From Candidatus Aquidulcis sp. (GTDB lineage Bacteria; Chloroflexota; Limnocylindria; Limnocylindrales; Limnocylindraceae), in contig RGCW01000002.1 in NCBI GenBank assembly GCA_009919005.1, forward strand, positions 4,279 through 68,278: DNA of 64,000 nucleotides, in the 5' to 3' direction. Every line of letters starts with the position of its first letter. Within the stretch, counting starts at the first letter, position 1. The notes under the pieces are model-generated. The model ran no database searches, was not told where the DNA came from, and saw only the letters and a program-made list of their open reading frames with translations. Positions 28,443-39,042 of the stretch are shown piece by piece. The position numbers and the translations under genes were made by a program.

Positions 28443-29145
28443 GGAGCGTGCGCGCCAATTAAAGATAGATGTGGTCTCTCTTTTTCCCGAGACGATCTCT
28501 GCCGCCCTCTCCGCAAGCATCCCCGCCCGTGCCCTTGAGCGCGGCCTAGCGACCCTGACCTGCCATGACCTGCGCACCTGGGGGATAGGCAAGCACCGAA
28601 CCGTCGATGACGAACCGTATGGAGGTGGTGCAGGGATGCTGATGCGACCGGAGCCGCTGGTCAATGCGATCGAAGCGCTTCGCGGTCCAGAGTCCATCGT
28701 CATCCTCTTTGACGCAGGCGGCGAGCGACTGCGTCAGCCGCGCCTGCGCTCCCTCGCGACGGCGAAACACCTCATCGTGCTCTGCGGTCGCTACGAGGGG
28801 ATTGACGACCGTGTCCGAGCTTTCGTCGACCTTGAGCTCAGCCTGGGCGACTTCGTGCTCTCTGGCGGCGAGCCGGCGGCGATCGTCTTGTGTGACGCAA
28901 TCCTTCGCTTGGTCCCAGGGGCCATCGACGAGGCATCGCTCTCCGAGGAGTCATTCTCCAGCGAACTGTTGGAGTATCCGCAATTCACTCGCCCGGCTGA
29001 ATTTCGGGGCGTATCGGTGCCCGAAGTCCTTCTCTCGGGGAACCACGCCGCTGTTGCGGCCTGGCGGCGCGAAGAGGCCGTTCGCCGCACCAGGCGCCAG
29101 AGGCCGGATCTGGCCGATGGGTCAAAAGGGGGGACTCGCTCGTAA
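28435..29145 (+). CDS. trmD: tRNA (guanine37-N1)-methyltransferase
   Basis: IDVVSLFPE and GRYEGIDDRV motifs. GTG 28435 gives 236 aa. The ORF-track start 27994 lies inside rimM. Confidence 0.9.
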   Translation: MSEERARQLKIDVVSLFPETISAALSASIPARALERGLATLTCHDLRTWGIGKHRTVDDEPYGGGAGMLMRPEPLVNAIEALRGPESIVILFDAGGERLRQPRLRSLATAKHLIVLCGRYEGIDDRVRAFVDLELSLGDFVLSGGEPAAIVLCDAILRLVPGAIDEASLSEESFSSELLEYPQFTRPAEFRGVSVPEVLLSGNHAAVAAWRREEAVRRTRRQRPDLADGSKGGTRS

Positions 29146-29223
29146 GCCCCAAGGCGCCGTGGCGCTTGTGCTATTCTGCTCCCTCGCGCCGGCAGGCTCT
29201 GTCGGCCACCACGGAGAACCATC

Positions 29224-29805
29224 ATGGATCTGATTCGCACGCTGACTAACGCCCAGATGAAGGACGACCTGCCGGAGATTAAGACTGGTGACACCGTCAA
29301 GGTCTCTGCAAAAGTCGTCGAGGGGAACCGGGAGCGAATTCAGGTGTTTGAGGGTACCGTCATGCGCTTGCGCGGTGGTGGGCTCGGTCTGAGCATCACC
29401 GTCCGCCGAATCGCATCCGGAGTTGGCGTTGAGCGAACCTTCAAGGTGCATAGCCCTCGCATTGAGAAGATTGAGGTGGTGCGCCACGGGGTATCCAATC
29501 GTGCACAGCTCTACTTCCTACGCGATCGCGTTGGTAAGCAGTCGTCGCTGCGCGAGCGCCGTGAGAGTGCCGCCGAAGCGGCCAAGAGCGCGAGTGCGGT
29601 TGCGGCAAAGAATGCATCTCAGGCGGAGGCTAACGCCGCCACGGCCACACCAGTTCATGACACTGAGGTGGAGGTGCCTGTCAGTGAGGCGTCGACGTCC
29701 GTGTTGAATGATGAGACAGCAGAGGGCAGCGCGGTGTCCGAGGCCCCCGAGAGTGCGCCGGTCGATTCGGCTGCGGCGCAGACAACGGAGAAGCCTGCGG
29801 AGTGA
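29224..29805 (+). CDS. rplS: 50S ribosomal protein L19 with acidic C-terminal extension
   Basis: L19 core (PEIKTGDTVKV...RIQVFEGTV...) plus a ~70-aa A/E/S-rich tail. Confidence 0.9.
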   Translation: MDLIRTLTNAQMKDDLPEIKTGDTVKVSAKVVEGNRERIQVFEGTVMRLRGGGLGLSITVRRIASGVGVERTFKVHSPRIEKIEVVRHGVSNRAQLYFLRDRVGKQSSLRERRESAAEAAKSASAVAAKNASQAEANAATATPVHDTEVEVPVSEASTSVLNDETAEGSAVSEAPESAPVDSAAAQTTEKPAE

Positions 29806-30473
29806 GCGATCCGCGGCCCCCGCGTGGCCGCGTCGTGCCGACTCGCGACCTTGAACGTCGTCACGGCCACCCTGGCCGCGCCGTGATCGGAATCGACGAG
29901 GTCGGCCTTGCTCCGTTAGCCGGACCAGTCGTAGCCTGTGCGATCTTGATGCCCGATGGGGAGCCAATTCGTGGTGTTCGAGATTCCAAGATGTTGTCTC
30001 CTGCGCAGCGCGCGGCCCTGGCGACAGAAATCCGCAGGGTGGCTGTTGCTATAGGCATCGGCGCCGCTTCTGCGCGAGAGGTCGAGCGATATAACCCGCG
30101 TGCGGCATCGCACCGAGCGATGGCTCGGGCCGTCGCGCAGCTGACCCGAAGGCGCGGATCCGCGCCAGATTTCGCCCTCGTGGATGGGAGTAGTGCCCGA
30201 GAACTTCATCAGTTGATCGGACCACATGCAACGGTGGTGCGCGGTGACCAGACGGTGTACGCGATTGCGTGCGCCTCGATCGTTGCCAAAGTACTCCGTG
30301 ACACGCTGATGGCGCACCTCGCGAGGCGATACCCCGGCTACGGATGGGAGACAAACGCGGGATACCCAGCACCCCTACATCTATCGGCACTTAAAACACT
30401 CGGAGTCACACCGCACCACCGTGCGACCTACGCTCCTGTTGCGGCGCGACTCGGTCTGTTCAGCGTCGACTAA
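29802..30473 (+). CDS. rnhB: ribonuclease HII
   Basis: GIDEVGLAPLAGPVV, DSKMLS and ASIVAK motifs; 223 aa. Confidence 0.85.
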   Translation: MSDPRPPRGRVVPTRDLERRHGHPGRAVIGIDEVGLAPLAGPVVACAILMPDGEPIRGVRDSKMLSPAQRAALATEIRRVAVAIGIGAASAREVERYNPRAASHRAMARAVAQLTRRRGSAPDFALVDGSSARELHQLIGPHATVVRGDQTVYAIACASIVAKVLRDTLMAHLARRYPGYGWETNAGYPAPLHLSALKTLGVTPHHRATYAPVAARLGLFSVD

Positions 30474-30493
30474 CCTCGGCGGGAACGCTGAGG

Positions 30494-30868
30494 ATGCGGT
30501 GGCCCTGTCACCATCACATGGCAATGGCAGGGCCCAGGGACCGAGCAGAGACGGGACGAAGGGCAGAACTTTTGGCCGCGAGGTCCCTCACACAGGCAGG
30601 TTGGACCATCCTCAGGCGCAATGTGCGGTATGGACGTTTGGAGGTCGATCTGCTGGCCCGGGAGCCCTCTGGCCAACTTGTTGCCGTCGAGGTGCGTCGG
30701 CGAGCCTCGCTGGGGGCTGCCTCGCCGTTTGACCTGCTCGGTCGCCGCAAACTTCATGTCCTTCGCCGTCAACGTGCGGTGTTGCCCGAGGGGAGTCGCA
30801 TCGACCTCCTGCTGGTGGTGGGAGAGGAGGGTCGGGAGCGCCTGCGGCTTGTTCGGGGGATCGCCTAG
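30494..30868 (+). CDS. YraN-family (UPF0102) endonuclease-like protein
   Basis: GRRAELLAARSL..GW.ILRRNVRYGRLEVDLLA pattern. Follows rnhB as in many genomes. Start ambiguous (ATG at 30494, 30518 or 30524). Confidence 0.7.
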   Translation: MRWPCHHHMAMAGPRDRAETGRRAELLAARSLTQAGWTILRRNVRYGRLEVDLLAREPSGQLVAVEVRRRASLGAASPFDLLGRRKLHVLRRQRAVLPEGSRIDLLLVVGEEGRERLRLVRGIA

Positions 30869-31024
30869 CCATCTGGGCCACGTGCTAGGATTGCGGGGCA
30901 TTCGATTCGGATGTCCAACTCGGCGACGAGTATGGAATACGCACGCGGAATCTGACGCCTCACTACGGTGGCCCTTCGGGGTCGTGATGGCGCCCCGCGG
31001 TGGAATAACCGTGTAAGGAGAACC

Positions 31025-31894
31025 ATGGCAGCAATAACGATGCGCGACCTCCTTGAGGTTGGAGCACATTTCGGCCACCAGACACGACGGTGGAATCCGA
31101 AGATGGCACCTTTCATCTACGCCCAGCGCAACGGGATCCATATTCTTGATCTCGCCAAGAGCGCCAAACACCTGCAAATCGCCCTCGACGCGGTTCGAGA
31201 TGCCAGCGCAAACGGCGAAACGATCCTATTCGTAGGAACCAAGAAGCAGGCACAGGCGCCTGTTCAAGAGGAGGCGACGCGCGCCGGTCAGCCGTATGTA
31301 GTGAAGCGCTGGCTCGGCGGCATGTTGACCAACTTCGCCACGATTCGCAAGCGCCTCACCCTGATGGAGCAGCTTGAGGCACGCGAGCAGGCTGGTGAGT
31401 TCAGCATCATGTCAAAGAAGGAGGCCTCTAAGCTCAGCGACAAGCTCGAGAAGCTTCGAGGCGCACTTGGCGGCATGCGGCGCCTCCGCAAGGCTCCAGG
31501 CATGGTGTTTATTGTCGATCCAAGCCGTGAGACGCTTGCCGCCATTGAGGCGAACAAGCTTGGCATTCCGGTGGTTGGCACGGCAGATACCAACGTTGAC
31601 CCTGACCTCCTCAACTATCCGATTCCTGTCAATGATGATGCGATCAAGTGCATTCGACTGATCTGCTCAGCCGTTGCCGATGCGGTGATTGAAGGCGCAG
31701 CGATTCGCGCCGCACGCCTCCCTGAAATCGAGGCGCAGGAGGCAGCAGCAGCTGCTGCCGAAAGCGCGACAGAATCTCCAGAGGTAACCGCTGTTCAGGA
31801 CGATCTGGTTGCGGCGCTGAGTGCCTCTGGCACCTTGAGCTTCTCGCCTGATGACGATCCAACCCCCGCGGTTGACACAACTTCAGCGGTTTAA
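31025..31894 (+). CDS. rpsB: 30S ribosomal protein S2 with acidic C-terminal extension
   Basis: MRDLLEVGAHFGHQTRRWNPKM N-terminus. AAGGAG RBS before ATG 31025. Confidence 0.95.
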   Translation: MAAITMRDLLEVGAHFGHQTRRWNPKMAPFIYAQRNGIHILDLAKSAKHLQIALDAVRDASANGETILFVGTKKQAQAPVQEEATRAGQPYVVKRWLGGMLTNFATIRKRLTLMEQLEAREQAGEFSIMSKKEASKLSDKLEKLRGALGGMRRLRKAPGMVFIVDPSRETLAAIEANKLGIPVVGTADTNVDPDLLNYPIPVNDDAIKCIRLICSAVADAVIEGAAIRAARLPEIEAQEAAAAAAESATESPEVTAVQDDLVAALSASGTLSFSPDDDPTPAVDTTSAV

Positions 31895-31904
31895 GGAGGG
31901 CATC

Positions 31905-32501
31905 GTGACGATTACTGCAGAGGCGGTGCGAGACCTCCGAGAGCGAACCGGCGCTGGCATGATGGATTGCAAGCGAGCCCTTGAAGAGAGTGGTGGTGAT
32001 GTAGAGAAGGCGGTACTCGCCCTACGCGAAGCTGGACTCGCGGCCGCTGCCAAGAAGGCGGGGCGAGAGGCGCGTGAAGGTCTCGTATCGTCATACATTC
32101 ACACTGGAGGTCGCGTCGGGGTCCTGCTTGAGGTCAATTGCGAGACGGACTTCGTTGCCCGCAATGAACAGTTCCAGAAGCTCGTCAAAGATATTGCGAT
32201 GCAGATCGCGGGTCTCAACCCACTGTACGTCAGTCAGGATCAGATCCCGGCGGCAGCGCTTGAGGCTAAGCGTGAAGCGCTTCTAGCGGATGAGGCTCTT
32301 GCCAAAAAGCCTGAGGCGATCCGTGCGCAGATCGTTGAGGGGCAGCTTCGAAAGTGGTTTGAAGAGGTCTGCCTCCTGGATCAACCATTCCGCGATGGTG
32401 ACGAAACCGTCGGGCAACTCATCACTAACGCAATCGCCACGATCGGCGAAAACATTCGCGTACGACGCTTCGTTCGCTACGCACTCGGTGAGGAGCTATA
32501 G
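31905..32501 (+). CDS. tsf: elongation factor Ts (short form)
   Basis: VRDLRERTGAGMMDCKRAL UBA-like N-terminus. GTG 31905 follows AAGGAGGG. Confidence 0.9.
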   Translation: MTITAEAVRDLRERTGAGMMDCKRALEESGGDVEKAVLALREAGLAAAAKKAGREAREGLVSSYIHTGGRVGVLLEVNCETDFVARNEQFQKLVKDIAMQIAGLNPLYVSQDQIPAAALEAKREALLADEALAKKPEAIRAQIVEGQLRKWFEEVCLLDQPFRDGDETVGQLITNAIATIGENIRVRRFVRYALGEEL

Positions 32502-32531
32502 GCCCCACATGATTGGGGCGGTGGAGGCGGC

Positions 32532-33266
32532 ATGACCGAAACCACGCGCTATCAGCGAATTCTGCTGAAGCTGTCGGGGGAGGCGCTCCTCGGCAAGCTC
32601 GAGTACGGAGTTGACCCAACCGTTGTCGCATTCGTCGCAGAGCAGGTGAAGGCGGTCACGGCTCTTGGCGTACAGGTTGGCATTGTTGTTGGCGGCGGCA
32701 ACATCTTCCGTGGCATGGCCGCCGCTACGGCGACGGGTATGGATCGAGCTACTGCTGACTACATCGGCATGCTCGCAACGGCAATGAACGGGCTCGCGCT
32801 CCAGGATGCACTTGAGCGTGTTGGCGTTCCGACACGCGTGATGACCGCAATTGACATGAATGAGGTCGCCGAGCCATATATTCGACGCCGAGCTGTGCGA
32901 CACCTCGAAAAGGGTCGCGTCGTTGTCTTTGTGGCTGGCACCGGCAACCCATACTTCACCACGGATACTGCGGCCGCCCTCCGTGCAGTGGAGATCGGTG
33001 CGGAGGTCGTTCTTAAGGCAACAAAAGTAGACGGTGTATACGACAAAGACCCCATCCGGCACGCCGATGCCAAACGCTATCCGGCGATCACCTATGGGCA
33101 GGTACTCGTTGACGGACTTCGAGTGCTGGATGCTGCGGCTGTCTCGTTGTGCATGGAGAATGACTTGCCGATCGTAGTCTTCGACCTTGATGCACACGAG
33201 AACATCCTCAAGGCTGTGCGCGGCGAGGTTGTTGGCACGCTGATCAGTAAAGGGGGTTCGCGATGA
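32532..33266 (+). CDS. pyrH: UMP kinase
   Basis: [11 protein letters not shown] and GGGNIFRG motifs. Confidence 0.95.
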   Translation: MTETTRYQRILLKLSGEALLGKLEYGVDPTVVAFVAEQVKAVTALGVQVGIVVGGGNIFRGMAAATATGMDRATADYIGMLATAMNGLALQDALERVGVPTRVMTAIDMNEVAEPYIRRRAVRHLEKGRVVVFVAGTGNPYFTTDTAAALRAVEIGAEVVLKATKVDGVYDKDPIRHADAKRYPAITYGQVLVDGLRVLDAAAVSLCMENDLPIVVFDLDAHENILKAVRGEVVGTLISKGGSR

Positions 33267-33808
33267 ACGGCACCGCATCTGAACGTATGGCGAAAGCGGT
33301 AGAGGCGTATAGCAAAGATCTCGGCGGTTTCCGTACTGGTCGGGCAAGTGCCTCACTCGTGGAGCGAATCACCGTTGAGCATTACGGCGCGATGACGCCG
33401 TTGAACCAAATGGCGGGTATCAGCGTTCCCGAGAACACCCTGTTGGTCATTCAGCCGTGGGATAAGACGGCCATCCCCGCTATAGAAAAGGCGCTGAATA
33501 ATGCGCAACTTGGCATGACCCCAGCCGTAGATGGGGGTGTCATCAGGCTTCGTGTCCCCGCGATGACCGAAGAGCGGCGTAAGGATCTTGTGAAGCAGAT
33601 GGGGAAACGGGCCGAGGAGGCTCGTGTTGAGATTCGTAACGTACGACGTGACGAGCAGGATTCCATCAAAAAGGCAGAGAAGGCAAAGGAGATCGGCGAG
33701 GATGACGCGCGCCGACAGCTTGATGCCCTTCAAAAGCTCACCGACGCGAACATCGCGGAGATTGATAAGTTGACCGCTGCGAAGGAGCGCGAGGTCCTCG
33801 AAGGGTGA
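33263..33808 (+). CDS. frr: ribosome recycling factor
   Basis: 181 aa with the typical RRF sequence ([17 protein letters not shown]...). Confidence 0.95.
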   Translation: MNGTASERMAKAVEAYSKDLGGFRTGRASASLVERITVEHYGAMTPLNQMAGISVPENTLLVIQPWDKTAIPAIEKALNNAQLGMTPAVDGGVIRLRVPAMTEERRKDLVKQMGKRAEEARVEIRNVRRDEQDSIKKAEKAKEIGEDDARRQLDALQKLTDANIAEIDKLTAAKEREVLEG

Positions 33809-34554
33809 ACGACGCCGATATTCGGCGACCCGCTGATGCCCAGCCGCTCGTTCATAGCGAACCGCCGGCGGACGGGACCCCGCAGCACGTCGCGATCATC
33901 ATGGATGGCAATCGCCGATGGGCACGTCGCCACGCCCTAGACGAGCTCGAGGGTCATACTGCGGGGACAAACGCCCTTCGTGCCGTCCTGGAACACGCCG
34001 TACGGCTTGGCATCCCATATTTGACGATCTACGCCTTTAGTCGCGAGAACTGGGCCCGTAGCGACAAGGAGGTTGCCCAACTCTTCAACCTCTTGGCGAC
34101 GGTTATCGATGACGAGACTCCACAACTCGTGCGTCAAGGCGTCGCTGTTCGATTCCTTGGTCGACTTGAAGAGTTGCCTCGCGAGGCCCAACAGAAGATC
34201 CGTGACGCCTGCGCTAAGACAGCTTCGGGGAATCGGTTGCAACTGAGCGTGGCATTCAACTACGGGAGCCGAACTGAGATCGTTGATGCTGTGCGCTCTA
34301 TCCTGAGTGCAGGGGTTTCGGCCTCAAGCGTTGACGAACAGACGATCGCACGGGCCCTCTACACCAGCGGAACGCCAGATCCGGACCTGGTCATTCGAAC
34401 GGGGGGCGAAGAGCGTCTCTCCAACTTCCTGCTTTGGCAGAGCGCCTACGCTGAAATCGTGACACTGCCTACGCTCTGGCCAGACTTCACAGCGACGGAA
34501 TTTGACGCAGCCCTCGCAACTTATGCGCAGCGCACGCGTAGGTTTGGTCGATGA
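33805..34554 (+). CDS. uppS: undecaprenyl (isoprenyl) diphosphate synthase
   Basis: HVAIIMDGNRRWA and RTGGEERLSNFLLWQ motifs. Confidence 0.9.
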   Translation: MNDADIRRPADAQPLVHSEPPADGTPQHVAIIMDGNRRWARRHALDELEGHTAGTNALRAVLEHAVRLGIPYLTIYAFSRENWARSDKEVAQLFNLLATVIDDETPQLVRQGVAVRFLGRLEELPREAQQKIRDACAKTASGNRLQLSVAFNYGSRTEIVDAVRSILSAGVSASSVDEQTIARALYTSGTPDPDLVIRTGGEERLSNFLLWQSAYAEIVTLPTLWPDFTATEFDAALATYAQRTRRFGR

Positions 34555-35393
34555 GCGGAGGAGCGCTCTCACAAAGGGCCCTCGGGACGCTGTTCATCCT
34601 GCCAGTTGCAATCGTGTTGCTCTTTCCGCCCGTTGGAACCATTGCAGTCACTGTCGTGCTGATCTCGCTTGCATCACGGGAAGCGTCTCGCATTCTCTCT
34701 ACGGTTCTCGGGGGTGCGTCAGCTCGATGGATCACGGCCATACTTATTTGCCCTCTGTTCGCATCCGTTACCCCCGCATTGGGGGCAGTGTTGACCATCG
34801 CGACACTCATCCTCTTTATCAGCTCCATCATTTGGCGCACCGCGCGAGGGATCGAAGAGATCTTGCAGCCTGAGCTTCGTCGGCTTCTCGGAACCATGGC
34901 TGCGGTGATCTGGCTGAGCCCACTCACACTGCTTCCACTTCTCGCGTCGTTGGATCCCCTCGATCGCGGTGCGCCCGCGCGGTGGATCATCTGGCTCCTT
35001 GCCATCGTATGGACAGCAGATAGTGCCGCCTATCTGGTTGGTCGTTCGGTTGGCCGGCGCAGACTAGCGCCGATCCTCTCACCGAGGAAGAGCGTGGAGG
35101 GGCTCGTGGGCGGAATCGTTGCCGCGGGACTCGTCGGTGCTGTGATTGCCGGTCCACTCTTTACGCTCGGCACTCCCGAAGAGGTACGCCCGCTCTGGGG
35201 CCTGATCTGGGGTTTGATCATCGCCACGGCTGCCGAGGCGGGGGATCTGCTTGAATCGCTCTTCAAGCGCGTTGCAGGTGCGGAGAGTTCCTCAAGTCTT
35301 ATTCCGGGGCACGGCGGCGTCCTTGACCGAATAGACAGCCTGCTGCTTGCGGCACCAGTAACGTTGGTTGCTGCCCTTCTCCTTCGAGGGTAG
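34551..35393 (+). CDS. cdsA: phosphatidate cytidylyltransferase
   Basis: Multi-TM protein with C-terminal signature SLFKRVAG...IPGHGGVLDRIDS. Confidence 0.85.
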   Translation: MSGGALSQRALGTLFILPVAIVLLFPPVGTIAVTVVLISLASREASRILSTVLGGASARWITAILICPLFASVTPALGAVLTIATLILFISSIIWRTARGIEEILQPELRRLLGTMAAVIWLSPLTLLPLLASLDPLDRGAPARWIIWLLAIVWTADSAAYLVGRSVGRRRLAPILSPRKSVEGLVGGIVAAGLVGAVIAGPLFTLGTPEEVRPLWGLIWGLIIATAAEAGDLLESLFKRVAGAESSSSLIPGHGGVLDRIDSLLLAAPVTLVAALLLRG

Positions 35394-35394
35394 T

Positions 35395-36522
35395 GTGGCT
35401 CGGATTCGTGTCGCGCTGCTCGGCGCTAGCGGCTCGATCGGGCGACAGACCGCAGATGTGATTTCTCAGTGGCCAGACCATTTTGAACTTGTGGCGCTCG
35501 CGTCTGGAAGGGGTGGAGAGGGGCATCAGGCATTAGTCTCTGCGTATCCAACCGCCACAAGTCTGATCGGTGGAAACGCCGAAGATCTCAAGAAGCTTGC
35601 CCTTGATACCTCTCCAAACATTGTGGTGATTGCAACTACCGGCCTGGTCGGTCTGCCCGCCACCGTTGCTGCACTTGAGGCAGGTTCTGCTGTGGCCATT
35701 GCGAACAAAGAGACGATCGTTGCTGGGGGCGAGGTTGTGATGCAGGTAGCGCGCGCCGCGGCGCAACGCACAGGTAGCACCCTACTTGAGCGCCTTCGCC
35801 CTATAGATTCCGAGCATTCAGCTCTGTGGCAGTGCTTGGAGGGGGAGTCCTTCAAGCGAGTTAGAACGCTGTGGATCACGGCGAGTGGCGGGCCGTTTCG
35901 CGAAGCGACTGCAGCTGAAATTGCCGATGCACGACCGGAGCAGGCATTGAGGCACCCAACCTGGAGCATGGGGGCCAAGATCACCATCGACTCGGCAACG
36001 CTGGTTAACAAGGGGTTGGAAGCGATCGAAGCACATCGCCTCTTTGGGGTAGGCATGGATCAGATCCAGATCCTGATCCACCCGCAAAGTGTCGTGCATG
36101 GTTTGGTCGAATTTCAGGATGGCTCGACCAAGTCGCAGATGGGCAGTCCCGACATGCGGGGGCCCATCAGCTTTGCCCTGGGCTATCCTGAACGCATGGC
36201 AACCTCGACCCCACCCATTGATCTCGCGGCCCACGGTTCACTCCACTTCTCGCCCCCTGACCTCACCCGTTTTCCTGGGCTTGCGGTCGCGCTTGATGCT
36301 GGTCGCGCAGGTGGTGCCGCCCCAGGGGCTCTTATCGCCGCGGACGGGGTTGCGGTCGATCGCTTCCTGGAAGGCGATTTCCCGCTCGGAGCCATCCCAC
36401 AACTACTTCGTGACGCTGTTGAACGCTACGGCGTGCGCCCAAGCCCGAAGAGCCTGAGCGACGTTCTCGCACTGCATGAGGAGGTGGCGGCATTTGCCAC
36501 CGAATGGAGGGGTGTCTGGTGA
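35395..36522 (+). CDS. dxr: 1-deoxy-D-xylulose-5-phosphate reductoisomerase
   Basis: VALLGASGSIG NADPH site. GTG 35395 lies just after the cdsA stop. Confidence 0.9.
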   Translation: MARIRVALLGASGSIGRQTADVISQWPDHFELVALASGRGGEGHQALVSAYPTATSLIGGNAEDLKKLALDTSPNIVVIATTGLVGLPATVAALEAGSAVAIANKETIVAGGEVVMQVARAAAQRTGSTLLERLRPIDSEHSALWQCLEGESFKRVRTLWITASGGPFREATAAEIADARPEQALRHPTWSMGAKITIDSATLVNKGLEAIEAHRLFGVGMDQIQILIHPQSVVHGLVEFQDGSTKSQMGSPDMRGPISFALGYPERMATSTPPIDLAAHGSLHFSPPDLTRFPGLAVALDAGRAGGAAPGALIAADGVAVDRFLEGDFPLGAIPQLLRDAVERYGVRPSPKSLSDVLALHEEVAAFATEWRGVW

Positions 36523-37604
36523 TCGATTTCCTGCTGGGAATCCTTGGCCCAGTGGCGGCGTTCATCTTGCTCGTCGTTCCACTGATCGTCATCCATGAGC
36601 TTGGCCACCTTTTCGCTGCCCGGCTTCGTGGTATTGATGTTCCGGAGTTCGGAATCGGCTTCCCGCCCCGACTCTTCACGCTTCTTCGGGGTCATCGAAC
36701 AGAACTGACGATCAACGCCCTGCCGCTCGGTGGATTTGTTCGGATGGCGGGAAGTGAAGAGGGCGACAATGATCCGGCAGGCTGGGAGCGTGCCACCATA
36801 TCCTCAAAGGTTCTCGTCATGGTTGCGGGCGTCGCCATGAATGCCCTGGTCGCCTTTCTACTGATGCTGGTACTCGCTGGACCCCTCGCTGAGCGAGCAA
36901 GCATTCGAATTGCACAGGTTCAGCCGGGATCACCTGCCGCAAAAGCAGGGATTCTGCCTGGCGACCGAATCGTCGGAGTTGAGGGAGAGACCTTTGATCG
37001 TTTTGATGCACCACTGAGCAGCCTGCCCAGTCGTGCGGGCACGAGCGTGCTCATCACTGTTGTGACTCCAGGAGACGATGAGCGCACGATACCGATCACC
37101 CTTCGAACTGCTGAAGAGGCAGCGGGGAAAGGATTCATGGGCGTCGAAATCGCTTCCATAGATAGCGCAGGGCCCCTCTCGCGATCCTTCGCGGAATCAG
37201 CGGCACTCGCCGCACGTAGAACGTGGGAGGCGGGGACCGCTATCTTGGGTGCGCTCGGTGATTTTGTAAGCACTCCGTTTCGTGCTGATACTGCAGGTGG
37301 CGGGGTAGCGGGCCCTATCGGAATTGCTGTTGGGGTTTCGGCAGCCGCGGGAGAAATCGGTATCGTTGGGCTGCTGCACATCGCCGCGCTCCTGTCAGCC
37401 AATCTGGCGGTGCTCAACCTGCTCCCCATTCCACCCCTTGATGGGGGTCGAGTCGCCGCGCTCTATCTGCGCCGAATCCTTGGGGAGTCCCGCGGAAGAA
37501 CCATGGAACGTCGGCTTGTCACCGTTGGGGCCGTACTCATGCTCTCTCTCTTCGCCTGGATATCGCTCGGAGATATCCTGAATCTGTTTGGAGTAGAGCG
37601 GTGA
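36519..37604 (+). CDS. rseP: M50 site-2 protease (RseP/RasP family)
   Basis: HELGH zinc motif in TM1, an internal PDZ domain ([16 protein letters not shown]), and a C-terminal [11 protein letters not shown] motif. Confidence 0.85.
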   Translation: MIDFLLGILGPVAAFILLVVPLIVIHELGHLFAARLRGIDVPEFGIGFPPRLFTLLRGHRTELTINALPLGGFVRMAGSEEGDNDPAGWERATISSKVLVMVAGVAMNALVAFLLMLVLAGPLAERASIRIAQVQPGSPAAKAGILPGDRIVGVEGETFDRFDAPLSSLPSRAGTSVLITVVTPGDDERTIPITLRTAEEAAGKGFMGVEIASIDSAGPLSRSFAESAALAARRTWEAGTAILGALGDFVSTPFRADTAGGGVAGPIGIAVGVSAAAGEIGIVGLLHIAALLSANLAVLNLLPIPPLDGGRVAALYLRRILGESRGRTMERRLVTVGAVLMLSLFAWISLGDILNLFGVER

Positions 37605-38869
37605 GTCGAGAGTTAAACGTCATTGCGCGGCCCGCAGCCGATCGGCCCGACCAACTTCGTCCCACACGTCGATCAACGCCTAGCGTATCCGTCGGCGGTG
37701 TATTGATTGGCGCTGCGCACCCTATCGTTGTGCAATCAATGACCAATACGGATACTGCCGACGCGTCGGCAACCGCCGCACAAATCGCTCACCTGGCAAG
37801 AGCTGGAAGCCAGATCGTAAGAGTCACGGTCAACAATGACGCCGCGGCCGCTGCGATTCCAGAGATCGTTCAGCGCCTGGCCGATGATGGCTTATCCACG
37901 CCGATCGTTGGCGATTTTCATTACAACGGCCACAAGTTGCTGGCGGCGCATCCAACGAGCGCGCAGCTCTTAGCAAAATATCGAATCAATCCGGGGAACG
38001 TTGGCAGCAAACATCGCGACGAGAACTTCCAGACGATTGTTAAGGTTGCTATTGAGCACGGGAAGCCGGTGCGAATTGGCGTCAACTGGGGATCGCTGGA
38101 CCAGGATCTTCTGACGAGGTTAATGGAAGCGAACGCCAAGGCAGATCCACCGGCCAGCGCTCGCGCCGTGACCATTGAGGCGATCGTCCGGTCGGCGTTA
38201 CAGTCGGCAGAGCTGGCTGAGGCGACTGGGTTGCCGCATGATCGAATCCTGCTGTCGGCAAAAACATCAAACGTTCGCGATCTTTTTGATGTCTATACTG
38301 AACTTGCTGGGCGGTGTGATTACCCACTTCACCTGGGCCTGACCGAGGCGGGTATGGGCATGAAAGGGATTGTGGCCACAAGCGCCGCGCTCGGCCATCT
38401 CTTGAACCTTGGGATCGGCGATACCATCCGCGTCTCACTGACACCTGAACCTGGTGCAGACCGAGCCCTTGAGGTTGAGGTTGCTCAACAGATCCTGCAG
38501 TCACTCGGACTCCGTGCATTCTCCCCCCAGGTCACCTCATGCCCAGGGTGCGGTCGGACAACGAGCACCTTTTTCCAAGAGATGGCCCAAGAGATCCAGG
38601 GCTACCTGAAGCGTCGCCTGCCAGAGTGGCGCAAGGTTCACCCTGGCGTTGAGAGCCTTGAGGTAGCGGTGATGGGATGTGTCGTCAACGGACCCGGTGA
38701 ATCGAAACACGCAAATCTCGGGATCAGCCTTCCGGGCACGTTTGAGGAGCCGGTCGCTCCTGTCTTTCAGAACGGGGCGCTGCTGACGACCTTGCGTGGG
38801 GACCACATCGTTGCGGAGTTCCTCGAGATCCTTGAGCGGTACGTGGAGTCGCATTACCCCGGCCCCTAA
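37601..38869 (+). CDS. ispG: 4-hydroxy-3-methylbut-2-enyl diphosphate synthase
   Basis: IspG/GcpE TIM barrel plus 4Fe-4S domain (CPGCGRT...GCVVNGPGE). Confidence 0.9.
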   Translation: MSRELNVIARPAADRPDQLRPTRRSTPSVSVGGVLIGAAHPIVVQSMTNTDTADASATAAQIAHLARAGSQIVRVTVNNDAAAAAIPEIVQRLADDGLSTPIVGDFHYNGHKLLAAHPTSAQLLAKYRINPGNVGSKHRDENFQTIVKVAIEHGKPVRIGVNWGSLDQDLLTRLMEANAKADPPASARAVTIEAIVRSALQSAELAEATGLPHDRILLSAKTSNVRDLFDVYTELAGRCDYPLHLGLTEAGMGMKGIVATSAALGHLLNLGIGDTIRVSLTPEPGADRALEVEVAQQILQSLGLRAFSPQVTSCPGCGRTTSTFFQEMAQEIQGYLKRRLPEWRKVHPGVESLEVAVMGCVVNGPGESKHANLGISLPGTFEEPVAPVFQNGALLTTLRGDHIVAEFLEILERYVESHYPGP

Positions 38870-38946
38870 GCCGCCATGTCTTTGCACGGTCACCTACAGC
38901 ACACCGACACGAGGGGCTGAACGCCACACGGGGGTCCGTTCCGCCG

Positions 38947-38955
38947 TGGTATAGT
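38947..38955 (+). promoter_or_regulatory. candidate extended -10 promoter (TGgTATAGT) upstream of the nusA leader
   Basis: TGGTATAGT matches the extended -10 consensus TGnTATAAT at 8 of 9 positions. No good -35 element. Read by eye only. Confidence 0.3.
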
Positions 38956-38982
38956 CCGTGTAACAACGGCCGCCGAACGAGA

Positions 38983-39009
38983 GACGTGGGTGACCCCCAC
39001 GTCTTTTTT
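38983..39009 (+). terminator. intrinsic terminator between ispG and nusA
   Basis: Perfect 8-bp GC-rich stem GACGTGGG / CCCACGTC with a 5-nt loop, followed directly by TTTTTT. Confidence 0.7.
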
Positions 39010-39042
39010 ATCGGGGTTGCAAGCACAGAAGGGAGGCGTGAC

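Noticed and set aside
32496-33356. 286-aa minus-strand ORF antisense to pyrH (similar cases at 6239-7231, 14884-15738, 18508-19341, 21341-22315, 39636-40469 and 48104-49057)
   Set aside because: All of these overlap conserved sense genes end to end. Long antisense ORFs are expected at this GC content, and none shows a family signature.
38986-39042. ORF-track start of nusA at 38986
   Set aside because: That start would translate through the terminator hairpin and T-tract. GTG 39043 has a GGGAGG RBS and gives a normal NusA N-terminus.
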